A DNA stretch of 64,000 nt from Thermoplasmatales archaeon. GTDB lineage: Archaea > Thermoplasmatota > Thermoplasmata > Thermoplasmatales > GCA-001856825. Of the stretch, positions 37,022-46,790 are shown piece by piece. Under the pieces are notes generated by a model. It was not told the origin of the DNA. It saw only the letters and a program-made list of their open reading frames with translations, and ran no database searches. The position numbers and the translations under genes were made by a program. Location of the stretch: contig JAJSLL010000002.1 of the NCBI GenBank assembly GCA_026127935.1, positions 30,645 to 94,644 on the forward strand, given 5' to 3'. Positions within the stretch are counted from its first letter, which is position 1. Every line of letters starts with the position of its first letter.

Positions 37022-37630
37022 ATGGAAGAATTCGAAATAGTTGAGCATGTCCCTGATAAATCCGGGAACGGGTTTCTGGTTGCAGCTATTGATTTTAAGG
37101 GTCCAAAATACGTTAGAGCTTTGGCAAGTGAAGAACCCAAAGCATACACCAGCATCCAGGTAGATGGGGAAAAGGTATTTTATGGCACAAAGGAGATAGG
37201 TAAAGTTATCGAGAGAAAAGACTCGAACCAGGTGAAAGTTAGCACGAAATATGACATCAAGTACACAGGAGGTTATTCCCTTGACGGGAAGACAGTCTAT
37301 CTTGACGAGCACTTTCCAAAGGTGTTGAAGGTAGAAGGGAAAGACATAAGCACGGAGGAGAGCATAGGACTGCACCACGAACTTCCAGAAAAGTGGATGT
37401 CGGATATAGGTTACGAGTATCCACATGCGCACCAGATAGCGACAGGAATAGAGAAAAAGTACGTTGAATTCCAAGGTGTGACCTGGAAGGGTTACTGCAA
37501 TGAAGTAGACAAGAACCTTCGGCTAGTTTACAGGAACAAATTGGAAAAGTCTCCTCCCACTCTGGATCTTGCACCATACTTGTATTGCAGAGATCAAGAA
37601 GCCCTAAGGGAAATTAGAGAAAGTAAGTAA
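37022..37630 (+). CDS. Hypothetical protein (orphan)
   Basis: 202-aa ORF with good coding composition, preceded by a 200-bp AT-rich spacer. I recognise no family. Confidence 0.5.
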   Translation: MEEFEIVEHVPDKSGNGFLVAAIDFKGPKYVRALASEEPKAYTSIQVDGEKVFYGTKEIGKVIERKDSNQVKVSTKYDIKYTGGYSLDGKTVYLDEHFPKVLKVEGKDISTEESIGLHHELPEKWMSDIGYEYPHAHQIATGIEKKYVEFQGVTWKGYCNEVDKNLRLVYRNKLEKSPPTLDLAPYLYCRDQEALREIRESK

Positions 37631-37711
37631 CGTTTCCATAGTATTTTCTGAATAGTGCCCCTAAGTTAGAATAAGGATTAATAGATGTATTTCCATTAAG
37701 AATCGAAGGCC

Positions 37712-37885
37712 ATGTCACGTCGGAGTGCAAAGTTATCGTTTTTCTTGGTGTTATTGTCATTTTTCATAGTAACACTGGGTGTCTGGTATATAACTGGGAT
37801 TAACGTCAAGTATTTCGCACTGGCAACCAAGGATCACTTCCTTGCTTTCTTCAAGTATGTAGTCAATTTCTTCAGTGTATTCTAG
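37712..37885 (+). CDS. Possible small single-TM protein (57 aa), below the ORF-track cutoff
   Basis: 'MSRRSAKLSFFLVLLSFFIVTLGVWYITGINVKYF..' has a positive N-terminus plus one TM. There is no other support. Confidence 0.2.
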   Translation: MSRRSAKLSFFLVLLSFFIVTLGVWYITGINVKYFALATKDHFLAFFKYVVNFFSVF

Positions 37886-37972
37886 TAGTTTGACAAAAAG
37901 CTGTTTTTACGGCGACAATATCTTCAGTCGAATCTTTAGAAGAGTAAATTTAGTCAATTGCAATTCCCTAGC

Positions 37973-39136
37973 ATGGGTCAAAGAATCCTGCTATATACAG
38001 GAAAGGGTGGAGTTGGAAAGACCAGCATTGCAGCTTCTACTGCTTGTTCCATAGCGAAAAGCAGGAAGAAAACTTTAGTGATTTCTACTGACCCAGCCCA
38101 TAGCCTAGGTGACGTTTTTGGGACCGAAATAGGACCAAAGCCTAAGAAGATGGCAGAGAACCTGTACGCCCAGGAAGTCAGTGTAAACGAAGCCATAAAT
38201 ACTCACTGGAACGAGTTGAAAGGATATCTTACCGGACTCTTCCAAACTGAGGGCCTAGATCCCATATCTGCAGAAGAAATAGCTACCCTCCCTGGTTTTG
38301 ACGAGGCCTCTCAACTGCTCTATCTGAGGCAATATTATGAGGAGAAGGATTTTGATGCCATAGTTATCGACAGCGCACCTACCGGGGAATCTCTAAAGCT
38401 CCTCTCTTTCCCGGAAGCAATGACGTGGTACATGGACAAGATATTCCCGATGGGTAGATTTGCGGCAAAACTGGTCAGACCTATGTGGAATACTGTATCC
38501 AATATCACGATCCCTGACGATGAGGTGTTCAAGAGCGTTGAGACCCTTTATGAATATCTCAGAAGAATAAGATCCATCCTGACGGACCCGAAGGTCTCCA
38601 CCATCAGATTGGTGATGAATCCTGACAAGATGTCCCTCAGCGAAACGAAGAGAGCATTCACGTACTTACTCCTCTACGGTTACCCTGTTGACTCTGTTTT
38701 TGTAAACAAGATTTACGACGACAGCACTGGAACATTCTTCAAGGGATGGAGATCTAATCAGGGGGAAATTATCAAGGACGTCAACGACTCTTTCTCAGAT
38801 GTGAAGATATTCAAGGTACCAATGCTGAAGGAAGAACCAATCGGGATAGAGAGATTGGAAGAGATGTCTTCCCTGATCTATTCTGATTCGGATCCACTTG
38901 ACACATTCTCGAGAGAGAAGAACATACAGTTTGTTAAAGAGCACGGAAAGTACTTTGTAAGACTGAAATTGCCATTTGCAGATAAAAAGAATCTTGAGGT
39001 TTTCAACAAGGGAGGAGAGCTCATAATCCAGATAGGGAACTGGAAGAGGGTGTTCTATCTACCAACTGTGTATTCTGACAAGAATCCCATCAAGGCAGAG
39101 TTTATTAACGGCGTTCTGGATATAGAAATGAAGTAA
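37973..39136 (+). CDS. ArsA/Get3-family ATPase with a C-terminal HSP20-like (alpha-crystallin) domain
   Basis: 'LLYTGKGGVGKTS' P-loop, 'STDPAHSL' and 'DSAPTGESL'. C-terminus 'YFVRLKLPFADKKNLEVFNKGGELIIQIGNWKRVFYLP....AEFINGVLDIEM'. The ATG at 37973 is preferred. Confidence 0.85.
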   Translation: MGQRILLYTGKGGVGKTSIAASTACSIAKSRKKTLVISTDPAHSLGDVFGTEIGPKPKKMAENLYAQEVSVNEAINTHWNELKGYLTGLFQTEGLDPISAEEIATLPGFDEASQLLYLRQYYEEKDFDAIVIDSAPTGESLKLLSFPEAMTWYMDKIFPMGRFAAKLVRPMWNTVSNITIPDDEVFKSVETLYEYLRRIRSILTDPKVSTIRLVMNPDKMSLSETKRAFTYLLLYGYPVDSVFVNKIYDDSTGTFFKGWRSNQGEIIKDVNDSFSDVKIFKVPMLKEEPIGIERLEEMSSLIYSDSDPLDTFSREKNIQFVKEHGKYFVRLKLPFADKKNLEVFNKGGELIIQIGNWKRVFYLPTVYSDKNPIKAEFINGVLDIEMK

Positions 39137-39137
39137 T

Positions 39138-39326
39138 ATGGCAGGAGAAGAGAAGGAAGACAGGATTACGATTGAGATCAAGATAACGGTTCCTTCGATG
39201 AGCCACGGAGTGGGCGAGGCTCTGAATCACTTTCTCAAGGCGTCCGAGGAGATAATGAAGGCTGGCAAGTCAGTAGTAATGAAACCAGAAATCAAGACAA
39301 GGATGAAAAAAGTAGAGATAAAGTGA
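39138..39326 (+). CDS. Small charged protein immediately downstream of the ArsA-like ATPase
   Basis: 62 aa, with a 1-nt gap from the arsA-like stop. Confidence 0.4.
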   Translation: MAGEEKEDRITIEIKITVPSMSHGVGEALNHFLKASEEIMKAGKSVVMKPEIKTRMKKVEIK

Positions 39327-39447
39327 TCTTTTAACACCAGGAAGATACGTCATAAACAACCAGAATATTTGACATTCTCTGCATTTCCTGTTGAGGAAAA
39401 GGAAGAACCACGAGCTGAGGAGATTATTCCCAAGCTCAGAAATAGCT

Positions 39448-40317
39448 CTATCTAGAACTGATGAAGATACCGACAGCAATAAGTGCGAACCCGCCGATGT
39501 TTGTTATGCTCATGGTTTCTCTTGTCAGGAACGCGGAGAAAAGGATTGAGAGGGCAGGCACAACGAAAAGATAGGGTGAGACGTGGGAAACCCTGTACTT
39601 CTTGATTAGACTCCAATAGATGAAGTATGCAAGTGAAGATCCTATCGCACCCATGTAGAGTGTTATCAGGATGAAGTTGAGAGTTAGGGGTTTGAACCCT
39701 CCATAGATCAATGAAACTAGAAGAACCACTGGGAGCGAGAAAAGAAACTGGTACGTGTTTACAGCTCCCATATCGGCATTCCTCAGGTACTTCTTGTAAT
39801 ATATTGTTCCAGTTGCCCATGATATAGAGGACCCGATCAGAAGGAAGAGTCCTACGTTGTATTCAATCGAAAGCTGGTGTAGGAATATGATAACAACTCC
39901 TGCAAATCCTATCGCAATTCCCACAAGTTTCCCGGTAGACAGTTTTTCCTGTAGGAACAGTCCCGAAAAAAGAACAGAAACAATCGGGTAAGTATATACC
40001 AAAATAGAGGAAATTGACGAGGTTTCAGTTCTCTCCCCTATAAACCATAGACTCATGAATACGGAGATGTTGAAAATACTCATAAGGAACAAGTTCAGTG
40101 CCCCGATGTTCCTGAGCAGTTTTAGTGTGGAGTACGAAAATGGTATGGAAAATATTGCCCCGAATAATATCCTGAACAGTAGTGCAACCATCGGAGGCTC
40201 GTAATAAAGTGCAAACTTCAGTAGAGGATAATTTAGAGCCCACGCGGAAGCCATTACCAGGAATAGAATTACATCAAGTGCCCTCGTCCCTTTGTAGTTC
40301 ACCTGCGGTCTAACCAC
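39448..40317 (-). CDS. EamA/DMT-family transporter
   Basis: 289 aa with 10 TM segments in two EamA-like halves. Confidence 0.85.
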   Translation of the reverse strand: MVRPQVNYKGTRALDVILFLVMASAWALNYPLLKFALYYEPPMVALLFRILFGAIFSIPFSYSTLKLLRNIGALNLFLMSIFNISVFMSLWFIGERTETSSISSILVYTYPIVSVLFSGLFLQEKLSTGKLVGIAIGFAGVVIIFLHQLSIEYNVGLFLLIGSSISWATGTIYYKKYLRNADMGAVNTYQFLFSLPVVLLVSLIYGGFKPLTLNFILITLYMGAIGSSLAYFIYWSLIKKYRVSHVSPYLFVVPALSILFSAFLTRETMSITNIGGFALIAVGIFISSR

Positions 40318-40457
40318 TGCAACCTTAAATCATTTTTTGGGACCTTTGGCAAAACGATGGACAACTCCTGATCTTCTTCGTCTATTATTTCCTAAGCAAT
40401 ATCAAGACCTGAAAAGTGTGTTGGTTAATTATTTAAACTTAGTTCACATGTACTGCT

Positions 40458-40817
40458 ATGCAACACAGCCATTATGACATGGAGACCAGAAAAAATTCCA
40501 CGTGTCCGGTGGAACGCACCCTATACATTCTGAGGGATGTCTGGACTTTCATGATATTAAGGGATTTGTGTACCGAATCAAGAGGATTCAATCAGCTCAA
40601 GAAATCTGTAGAAGGTATTTCATCCAGGATGCTTTCTGAAAAGTTGAAATTCTTAGAAGAAGAGGGAATACTGAACAGGAAGGTCAGTGAAAGTAGACCA
40701 GTCAGGGTCACCTATGACCTCACAGAAAAAGGGCAATCACTCAGCACTGTAGTGGAATCAATGAGAACCTGGGGGGAATCCTGGATAGGTTCTAATTCTG
40801 AGAACTGTGACAACTGA
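40458..40817 (+). CDS. HxlR-family transcriptional regulator
   Basis: 'CPVERTLYILRDVWTFMILRDL', 'FNQLKKSVEGISSRMLSEKLKFLEEEGIL', 'VTYDLTEKG'. Confidence 0.85.
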   Translation: MQHSHYDMETRKNSTCPVERTLYILRDVWTFMILRDLCTESRGFNQLKKSVEGISSRMLSEKLKFLEEEGILNRKVSESRPVRVTYDLTEKGQSLSTVVESMRTWGESWIGSNSENCDN

Positions 40818-41387
40818 TACTTTGTATTTAGAGGGCGAAGAGGAGTTCGGACCAGTAACTTCTTTTCTGTTTGGAGTGGGTTCTTTATTGCTTAACAAGT
40901 ATTACAGTACAATAATTGTTGATCTTGAGGAAAAGAAATTCAACAACTTGCTCGACATAGGCTGCGGTAACGGCACTCTCATCAGCAAACTTGCCAACAA
41001 TTTTCAATCTTCTCATTTCTATGGAATTGACCCGTCCCTGTATATGCTTGGTATTGCGAAAAAAAGATGTCTAGGATGGGACTAACTTCCAGAACTGAAC
41101 TCAAACTTGGAAGCAGCAGGTCTGTTCCATTTGATTTTAAATTTGATGCCATTGTTTCTTCCTTTTCTTACCATCACTGGAAAGAGCGAGACAATTCCCT
41201 TGTCAATCTCGCCTCTCATTTAAACGATGGAGGCTTCATCTCCATTTATGAATTCAACAATACATCTAGAAGATACCGTTCATCTCATGGAATAGATGAA
41301 AAGGAATGGGCTCCGATTGAGATAGAAGGATTGAGTAAATCGATTATCCAAAAGAATGGTCTCATCATTCTTACTCTTAAAAAGTAA
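40807..41387 (+). pseudogene. Class I SAM-dependent methyltransferase split by a frameshift at an A7 tract (41059-41065)
   Basis: The first ORF has 'LLDIGCGNGTL' (motif I) and '..YGIDPS..ML'. The second ORF has 'VPFDFKFDAIVSSFSYHHW' and 'LNDGGFISIYEF'. The junction is 'GCGAAAAAAAGATG'. Confidence 0.7.
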
Positions 41388-41495
41388 AATTTTAGCTCAA
41401 TTTAATCGACCCAATTCTTTTATCTCCCGTGCCACTAATCGATTCTGAAAAATAATAAAGGTAAACTCACTATCAATGGCTATATCACTATAGCG

Positions 41496-42653
41496 GTGAC
41501 ACTCCAGGTAAGTGTACTGCTAATCAGAATAGCCGGTACATTAATCTATGGAAATTTCGCCCTCCTTTTCGAAAGTTTCCACATTCTTACAGATCTGCTA
41601 GTAACTATAGCCGTCTATGCTGCGATACGATTATCTCACAGTAAGTATAGCAAGAAGTACTCTTACGGTCTTTTCAGGGTAGAAGATCTTGTTTCCCTAT
41701 CGATAGCAGTCATTATCGCATTCACTGCAGTCGACCTTCTCCGTTCGGTTCCAACTGTTAACCAAGAATATAACCTTCAGTCAGCGGCCTTTCAGCTAGT
41801 TTCAATAGTTCCACTTTTATTGTCCGGAGTGGTGAAGATTATAGGGGGAAGGAATCTGAATTCCCCCTCCCTCGTTTCCGATGGATATCATAATTATTCA
41901 GATGTTTTCGTGGGCCTTGGAGTAGGTGCTGGTCTCTTGATTAGCTTTGCAACCAAGGTTGGGCTGTTTTACTATGCGGCAATAGTTATTGCTGCAATTG
42001 GAATTCTCTACACTTCATTCAAAATAGGAAGGGACAGTGTGATAGGAATAATGGACCTTCCCAAGGACAAAAGGGTAGTACCGAAGATAACAGAAATAGT
42101 AAATGAAAATGAAGAGGTGACCGAAGTCAGGTCTATCAAGGCTAGATGGGCTGGACCAGCAATTTTTGCGCAGATAGTTGTCACGGTGAACAGCAAGCTG
42201 ACCATCGAAGAAGCCCATGACGTTGCAGATTTACTTGAGAAAAAAATCCTCAATGAAATATCGGACGTCAGAGATGTGGTCATTCACATTGAGCCTTCTA
42301 GGAATCCAGAGAGAGTGGTAATCGTACCTATTTCTGAGTCGGGAAAAATTGAAGAAAAAACATCCAGGTCTCATAGCTATCTTGTGGTCGCCTTCAAGGA
42401 AATACAGAAGATTTCTTCAAAAGAAGTGCAAATTCCACAGGAAACCATTGGACTGGAACGGAATTCCCAGAGAGTACTCTTGATTGCCCGGCAGAATCTT
42501 GTAACGGATGCAATAGTCCTTAATGCTGGTGAAATATTTTCCTCTTTGTTTCGGGTAAATCACATAGAATTGTGGAAGGCTCAATCTAATTCCGTCCAAG
42601 AGAACCTGGAATTGCTCCTTCAAAACAAGCTTGAAAAGCTACCTTCTCCTTGA
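41496..42653 (+). CDS. Cation diffusion facilitator (CDF) transporter with an extra C-terminal NifX/NifB-like (DUF of the dinitrogenase FeMo-cofactor-binding fold) domain
   Basis: 'FHILTDLLVT', 'HNYSDVFVGLGV' and a cytoplasmic domain ending 'VVIHIEP'. About 100 further aa follow: 'RVVIVPISESGKIEEKTSRSHSYLVVAF....LVTDAIVLNAGEIFSSLFRVNHIELW'. Confidence 0.75.
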   Translation: MTLQVSVLLIRIAGTLIYGNFALLFESFHILTDLLVTIAVYAAIRLSHSKYSKKYSYGLFRVEDLVSLSIAVIIAFTAVDLLRSVPTVNQEYNLQSAAFQLVSIVPLLLSGVVKIIGGRNLNSPSLVSDGYHNYSDVFVGLGVGAGLLISFATKVGLFYYAAIVIAAIGILYTSFKIGRDSVIGIMDLPKDKRVVPKITEIVNENEEVTEVRSIKARWAGPAIFAQIVVTVNSKLTIEEAHDVADLLEKKILNEISDVRDVVIHIEPSRNPERVVIVPISESGKIEEKTSRSHSYLVVAFKEIQKISSKEVQIPQETIGLERNSQRVLLIARQNLVTDAIVLNAGEIFSSLFRVNHIELWKAQSNSVQENLELLLQNKLEKLPSP

Positions 42654-42670
42654 GCATAACCAAATAATTT

Positions 42671-43699
42671 TTACAGCATGTTTTTTAGGTGATACATGAA
42701 CAACTGGTCTTTTTGGCCAACTTTTTCTGCAATATAAGTCAGATCTTCCTCTTTTACTCCATAGTCGGAGAGTCTTTTGTGTAGGTCCATTTCCTTGATG
42801 AAAGTTTCAATCTTGTCAGCAAGAGACTTCACTGATTCTGCGGAGTCGGTATTTCCATCCAGTGCCATTGCAAGACTAGCCAATCCCTTTGGTGGAGAGG
42901 AGGAGTAGTATCTGAGCATCTCAGGTAACGTAATACAGGAAGTCATTCCGTGAGGGATGTCAAACTTCGCCCCGATGACCTTGCCGATTTTGTGGCTGTA
43001 ACCCATCTCGCTGTCATACTCATCCATGTAGGAGTACCACGATGCGATCTGGCATTCCTGTCTGTGGTCGACCCAGTTGCCCTCTAGATTTGCGAGCATT
43101 TTTTCGACCGAAATCTTTGACAGATTTGCTCTCAGATCGACGAAACCGTCTCCAAGGGTAGCTTCTATTGCATGATCTATAGATCGAATGCCCGTGGATC
43201 TCCATAGGGCAGTTGGCGTTTCAAGCGTTGCGTTTGGATCCAGAAATATGTACTTGGGGACTAACTCCTTCGCCCTTATTCCCTTCTTCTCACCATTTTC
43301 AGAGTAACCTGCGATGTGAGAGAATTCAGCTGCGGACAAAGTTGTGGGAATCGCAACTTGAGTGATCGATGTTTCTACCTTCGATCTAATTACTTTTGTC
43401 GAGTCTATTACACTCCCACCTCCTATGGACACTATGAATTTCACGTTACTCCCCCTTATTTCATTCGCGATGCTTTCGATCTCTTCTATCGGTGAGTGCT
43501 GGGAGATATTGTTGAAGATTCTTGATTCCGAGAGTTCATCAGCTGCCTTCTTGAAGAATGCGTTTTGAGATACAGAGTTGCTTGTCGTGATAACAGAATC
43601 CTTGAGCCTATCCCTACCTATTAGAGAAATGACCCCTTCAATCGACTGTTCACCGATCGATACCCGGTCTATTGGTAGGTAATTGAAGCTTTTACTCAT
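42671..43699 (-). CDS. Iron-containing alcohol dehydrogenase family protein (maleylacetate-reductase-like)
   Basis: 342 aa with 'VSIGGGSVIDSTK' and 'HAIE....', 'HGMTSC'. It is the last gene of the homogentisate operon, with a 4-nt overlap. Confidence 0.75.
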   Translation of the reverse strand: MSKSFNYLPIDRVSIGEQSIEGVISLIGRDRLKDSVITTSNSVSQNAFFKKAADELSESRIFNNISQHSPIEEIESIANEIRGSNVKFIVSIGGGSVIDSTKVIRSKVETSITQVAIPTTLSAAEFSHIAGYSENGEKKGIRAKELVPKYIFLDPNATLETPTALWRSTGIRSIDHAIEATLGDGFVDLRANLSKISVEKMLANLEGNWVDHRQECQIASWYSYMDEYDSEMGYSHKIGKVIGAKFDIPHGMTSCITLPEMLRYYSSSPPKGLASLAMALDGNTDSAESVKSLADKIETFIKEMDLHKRLSDYGVKEEDLTYIAEKVGQKDQLFMYHLKNML

Positions 43700-44835
43700 T
43701 CATACCATGTCATCATGTAATTTTTGTTTTCTAAGCTTTTCGCTTCTTTTGAGATACCCAATCTGTCATAACTCTCGACCATAACTGCAGTCTCATCCGT
43801 GCTTTCCTTCCCTATTGATCTTTCTATAGAGCCAGGTTGAGGACCATGGACCATACCCCTGACGTGGAGCGTAATTGAGCCCTCACTTATCCCCTTCCTG
43901 CTCATGAAGTTTCCAGACGCATAGTAGAGGAATTCATCGGTATCTACGTTGCTGTGGTAGTATGAGATTGGGACTGCTTTCTCGTGGAAATCAAACTTTC
44001 TCGGGAGGAATGTTCCAACCATGAAACTCTCAGTGGAGAAAGTCTCGTTGACTGGAGGAGGTTGGTGGACCTTACCAACTATTGGCATCATTTGTCTTAC
44101 GTTGATCGCGAATGGATAGAGATATCCGTCCCATCCCTCCAAGTCGAATGGATGATCTTCTCGTGTTTCTACAATATATTTATCGTCGAAATCCACGTAC
44201 ACTTCGTAGTTTCCCTTTCCGTACTTTGCGCTCTTTAGGATGGGGGGCCGAATGTCTCTCGAATAGTAGGGGACTCCCTCCTTTATCTGACCATACTTGT
44301 TGAGGTATCTCTGCGGTATTGAGATGCTGTCCCTGGACTCTACCATCAGGAGTACTGAATTCCTCAGATTTTGAAGTTTATAGAGCGTTCCCTTTGGCAC
44401 CAAAATGTAATCTCCAGTCCCAAAATCTATCTCACCCTGGGTGCAAATGAATTTGCCACCCCCCTTATGGACAAAAATCAGCTGATCCCTGACTCCGTGT
44501 CTGAATAAAAGATCTGTTTCGCTTGAAGGTTTTGACACTGAAATTATCAGATTATCATTGCCGACAATCGGTACCCTTCCATTGATATAGTTACCACCCC
44601 TCTCGACTTTGGCAGTATCGATTAGCTTGTGTATCTTCTGAAATTCGAACCTTGGTACCTTCTTTTCAACTTCCCTAATGGACTTTATTCTCGTTGGCTC
44701 ATTCCTGTGGTACAGCAGCGAATATGGACCCTCAAAACTTTCTTCACCGAGCAGTTCCTCTCTTAGCAGCTTTCCCTTGTTTTCATAAGTGTGTCTCGTT
44801 ACTGGCATCTTTCCCTGTTTCACATAAAAAACCAT
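43696..44835 (-). CDS. hmgA: Homogentisate 1,2-dioxygenase (short prokaryotic type)
   Basis: 379 aa cupin with 'YYHSNVDTDEFLYYASG', 'SITLHVRGMVHGPQPG' and 'EGWDGYLYPF'. Confidence 0.85.
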   Translation of the reverse strand: MVFYVKQGKMPVTRHTYENKGKLLREELLGEESFEGPYSLLYHRNEPTRIKSIREVEKKVPRFEFQKIHKLIDTAKVERGGNYINGRVPIVGNDNLIISVSKPSSETDLLFRHGVRDQLIFVHKGGGKFICTQGEIDFGTGDYILVPKGTLYKLQNLRNSVLLMVESRDSISIPQRYLNKYGQIKEGVPYYSRDIRPPILKSAKYGKGNYEVYVDFDDKYIVETREDHPFDLEGWDGYLYPFAINVRQMMPIVGKVHQPPPVNETFSTESFMVGTFLPRKFDFHEKAVPISYYHSNVDTDEFLYYASGNFMSRKGISEGSITLHVRGMVHGPQPGSIERSIGKESTDETAVMVESYDRLGISKEAKSLENKNYMMTWYE

Positions 44836-45699
44836 TCAGACGACCTCATTTGTGAGCTCTCCAAGTATCGGGCTTTTCATAGTTACGACATCTCCCTTCT
44901 TCAGCCACGGGAATTCCTCAGGACCTAATTCAAGAATACAACCGGTCGAAACCGTTCCAGACATTATAATATCCCCCTTTCTCAATCTTGTTTCCTTTGA
45001 TGCATATTCAACAAGTTCTGAAAACGACCAGTGCATGTCTTTCACATTTCCGGATGAATATCTTTTTCCGTTCACAAATGTCTCAACGGGTATGTCAAAC
45101 CTGTCACCCATTTCTGTCACTTCTTCAAGCGCATCCAACGTTGTGATGTAGGGTCCTATGCTCGTTGCGAAATCTTTGGACTTGGATGGTCCTAGCCCAA
45201 TCTTCATTTCCTTCCTTTGAAGGTCTCTTGCAGACCAGTCATTTGCAAGGGTCAAACCCATTATGTGTGAAAGTGCATTTTCTCTCCTTATGTTCATCCC
45301 TTCCTTACCAATCACGGCTGCCACTTCCATCTCATAATCCAGTTCGGCGGTGAAGTTGGGATATGGTATGGGCGAGCCAGAGGGATAGATCATGGAAGTG
45401 CCGGAGTAGTAATATGAAGGTATTTCATACCACTCAGGAGCCATGTCGAGGCCTCTTCTCACTCTTGATTTCCTTACGTGTTCCTCGAACGTATAGAAAT
45501 CCCTGATCGATGTCACTTTCGGGATTGGAACTAAGAAGTCCTTGTTGCTGAAAGACTGGAGAAGTGGTTCTTGCCCATCAATAGTTTCCTCAGAAAGGTC
45601 ATAGAAACTGGCTGACTCTTCAAATGGTATGCACTTGTTCTCGCTTTTGATCACTACTGTCCTGATCTTTCCCCCGAGATTCATTCTCGCAATCTTCAT
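44836..45699 (-). CDS. Fumarylacetoacetate hydrolase (FAH) family protein
   Basis: 287 aa with 'DYEMEVAAVIGKEG', 'NDWSARDLQ', 'GPSKSKDF' and 'GDIIMSGT'. Confidence 0.85.
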   Translation of the reverse strand: MKIARMNLGGKIRTVVIKSENKCIPFEESASFYDLSEETIDGQEPLLQSFSNKDFLVPIPKVTSIRDFYTFEEHVRKSRVRRGLDMAPEWYEIPSYYYSGTSMIYPSGSPIPYPNFTAELDYEMEVAAVIGKEGMNIRRENALSHIMGLTLANDWSARDLQRKEMKIGLGPSKSKDFATSIGPYITTLDALEEVTEMGDRFDIPVETFVNGKRYSSGNVKDMHWSFSELVEYASKETRLRKGDIIMSGTVSTGCILELGPEEFPWLKKGDVVTMKSPILGELTNEVV

Positions 45700-45704
45700 A
45701 GGAT

Positions 45705-46790
45705 TCAGAGGTTTCCTCTCTTCTCTTGCTCCCTTTCTATGCTTTCGAAGAGTGCCTTGAAATTCCCCTTTCCAAAGGAAGTGGCTCCCTTCCTCTGGAT
45801 CACTTCGTAAAAGAAGGTGGGTCTGTCGCCTATAGGTTGCGTAAAAATTTGCAGAAGATACCCTTGGTCGTCTCTGTCCACAAGTATGTTCAATTCCCTC
45901 AGGACATCTAGGTCCTCATCTATCTTTCCCACCCTGTCTTCTAGTTCGTCGTAATAGCTGCCAGGCGTTTCGAGGAACTGTATTCCGTTTGCCTTCAACT
46001 TCCTGACCGTTTCTATGATGTTGTCTGTTCCAAGGGCAATGTGTTGCACCCCTGGGGTTTCATAATAGTCGAGATATTCCTGTATCTGGGATTTCTTTAG
46101 TCCCAGAGCCGGCTCATTGATCGGAAACACAATCTTCCTTCCGCCATACTCCACCACTTTGCTCTTGAGTGCTGAATATTTGGTGCTGATGTCCTTGTCA
46201 TCAAAACTCATGAACATTTTGAACCCTAGTCCCTTCACGTAATAGTTGACCCATGGGTCCATCTTGTTTTCCTCAACATTCCCTACTACGTGATCGATCT
46301 TCTTAACTCCCAGGCTATTGTCAACTGATTCTATCTCTTTGAATCCTGGTGGAAGTTCCGAATCCCACTCGCCATAATCCCTAAGGGTATGGACCGTATC
46401 CCCAAACGTCTTCAGTTCTGCCTTTGATATTATCCCACCTTCCCCTCTTTGCTTTGCAACAATTCCTGGATTGACGACTCCGTTTTCCTTTATGAAAGAG
46501 ATCGTGTCGTTTATATCGTTGACGTCTATGGAAATATCTTTTACACCATCGCCGTGCAATTCAACGTGTCTCGATATCTCGGACTGTCTATAGAGAAAAC
46601 CAGTGAACATCAGCCTCACATCTCCTTGCAGCATCAGGTATGACGCCCTATCCCTGACTCCTGTCTCTGGTCCAGAATAACCTACCAACTTGAATCCCAT
46701 CGCCTTCTCGTGAAAGTAGGCCCATTGCTTAGCCGAACCTACATAGAACTCTATCGAATCCACTGAATTGAAAAGACTATCGGTTGACAT
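45705..46790 (-). CDS. hppD: 4-hydroxyphenylpyruvate dioxygenase
   Basis: 'IDHVVGNVE', 'GVQHIAL', 'FFYEVIQRKGATSFGKGNFKALFESIEREQ'. The ATG at 46790 is preferred over the TTG at 46802. Confidence 0.9.
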   Translation of the reverse strand: MSTDSLFNSVDSIEFYVGSAKQWAYFHEKAMGFKLVGYSGPETGVRDRASYLMLQGDVRLMFTGFLYRQSEISRHVELHGDGVKDISIDVNDINDTISFIKENGVVNPGIVAKQRGEGGIISKAELKTFGDTVHTLRDYGEWDSELPPGFKEIESVDNSLGVKKIDHVVGNVEENKMDPWVNYYVKGLGFKMFMSFDDKDISTKYSALKSKVVEYGGRKIVFPINEPALGLKKSQIQEYLDYYETPGVQHIALGTDNIIETVRKLKANGIQFLETPGSYYDELEDRVGKIDEDLDVLRELNILVDRDDQGYLLQIFTQPIGDRPTFFYEVIQRKGATSFGKGNFKALFESIEREQEKRGNL

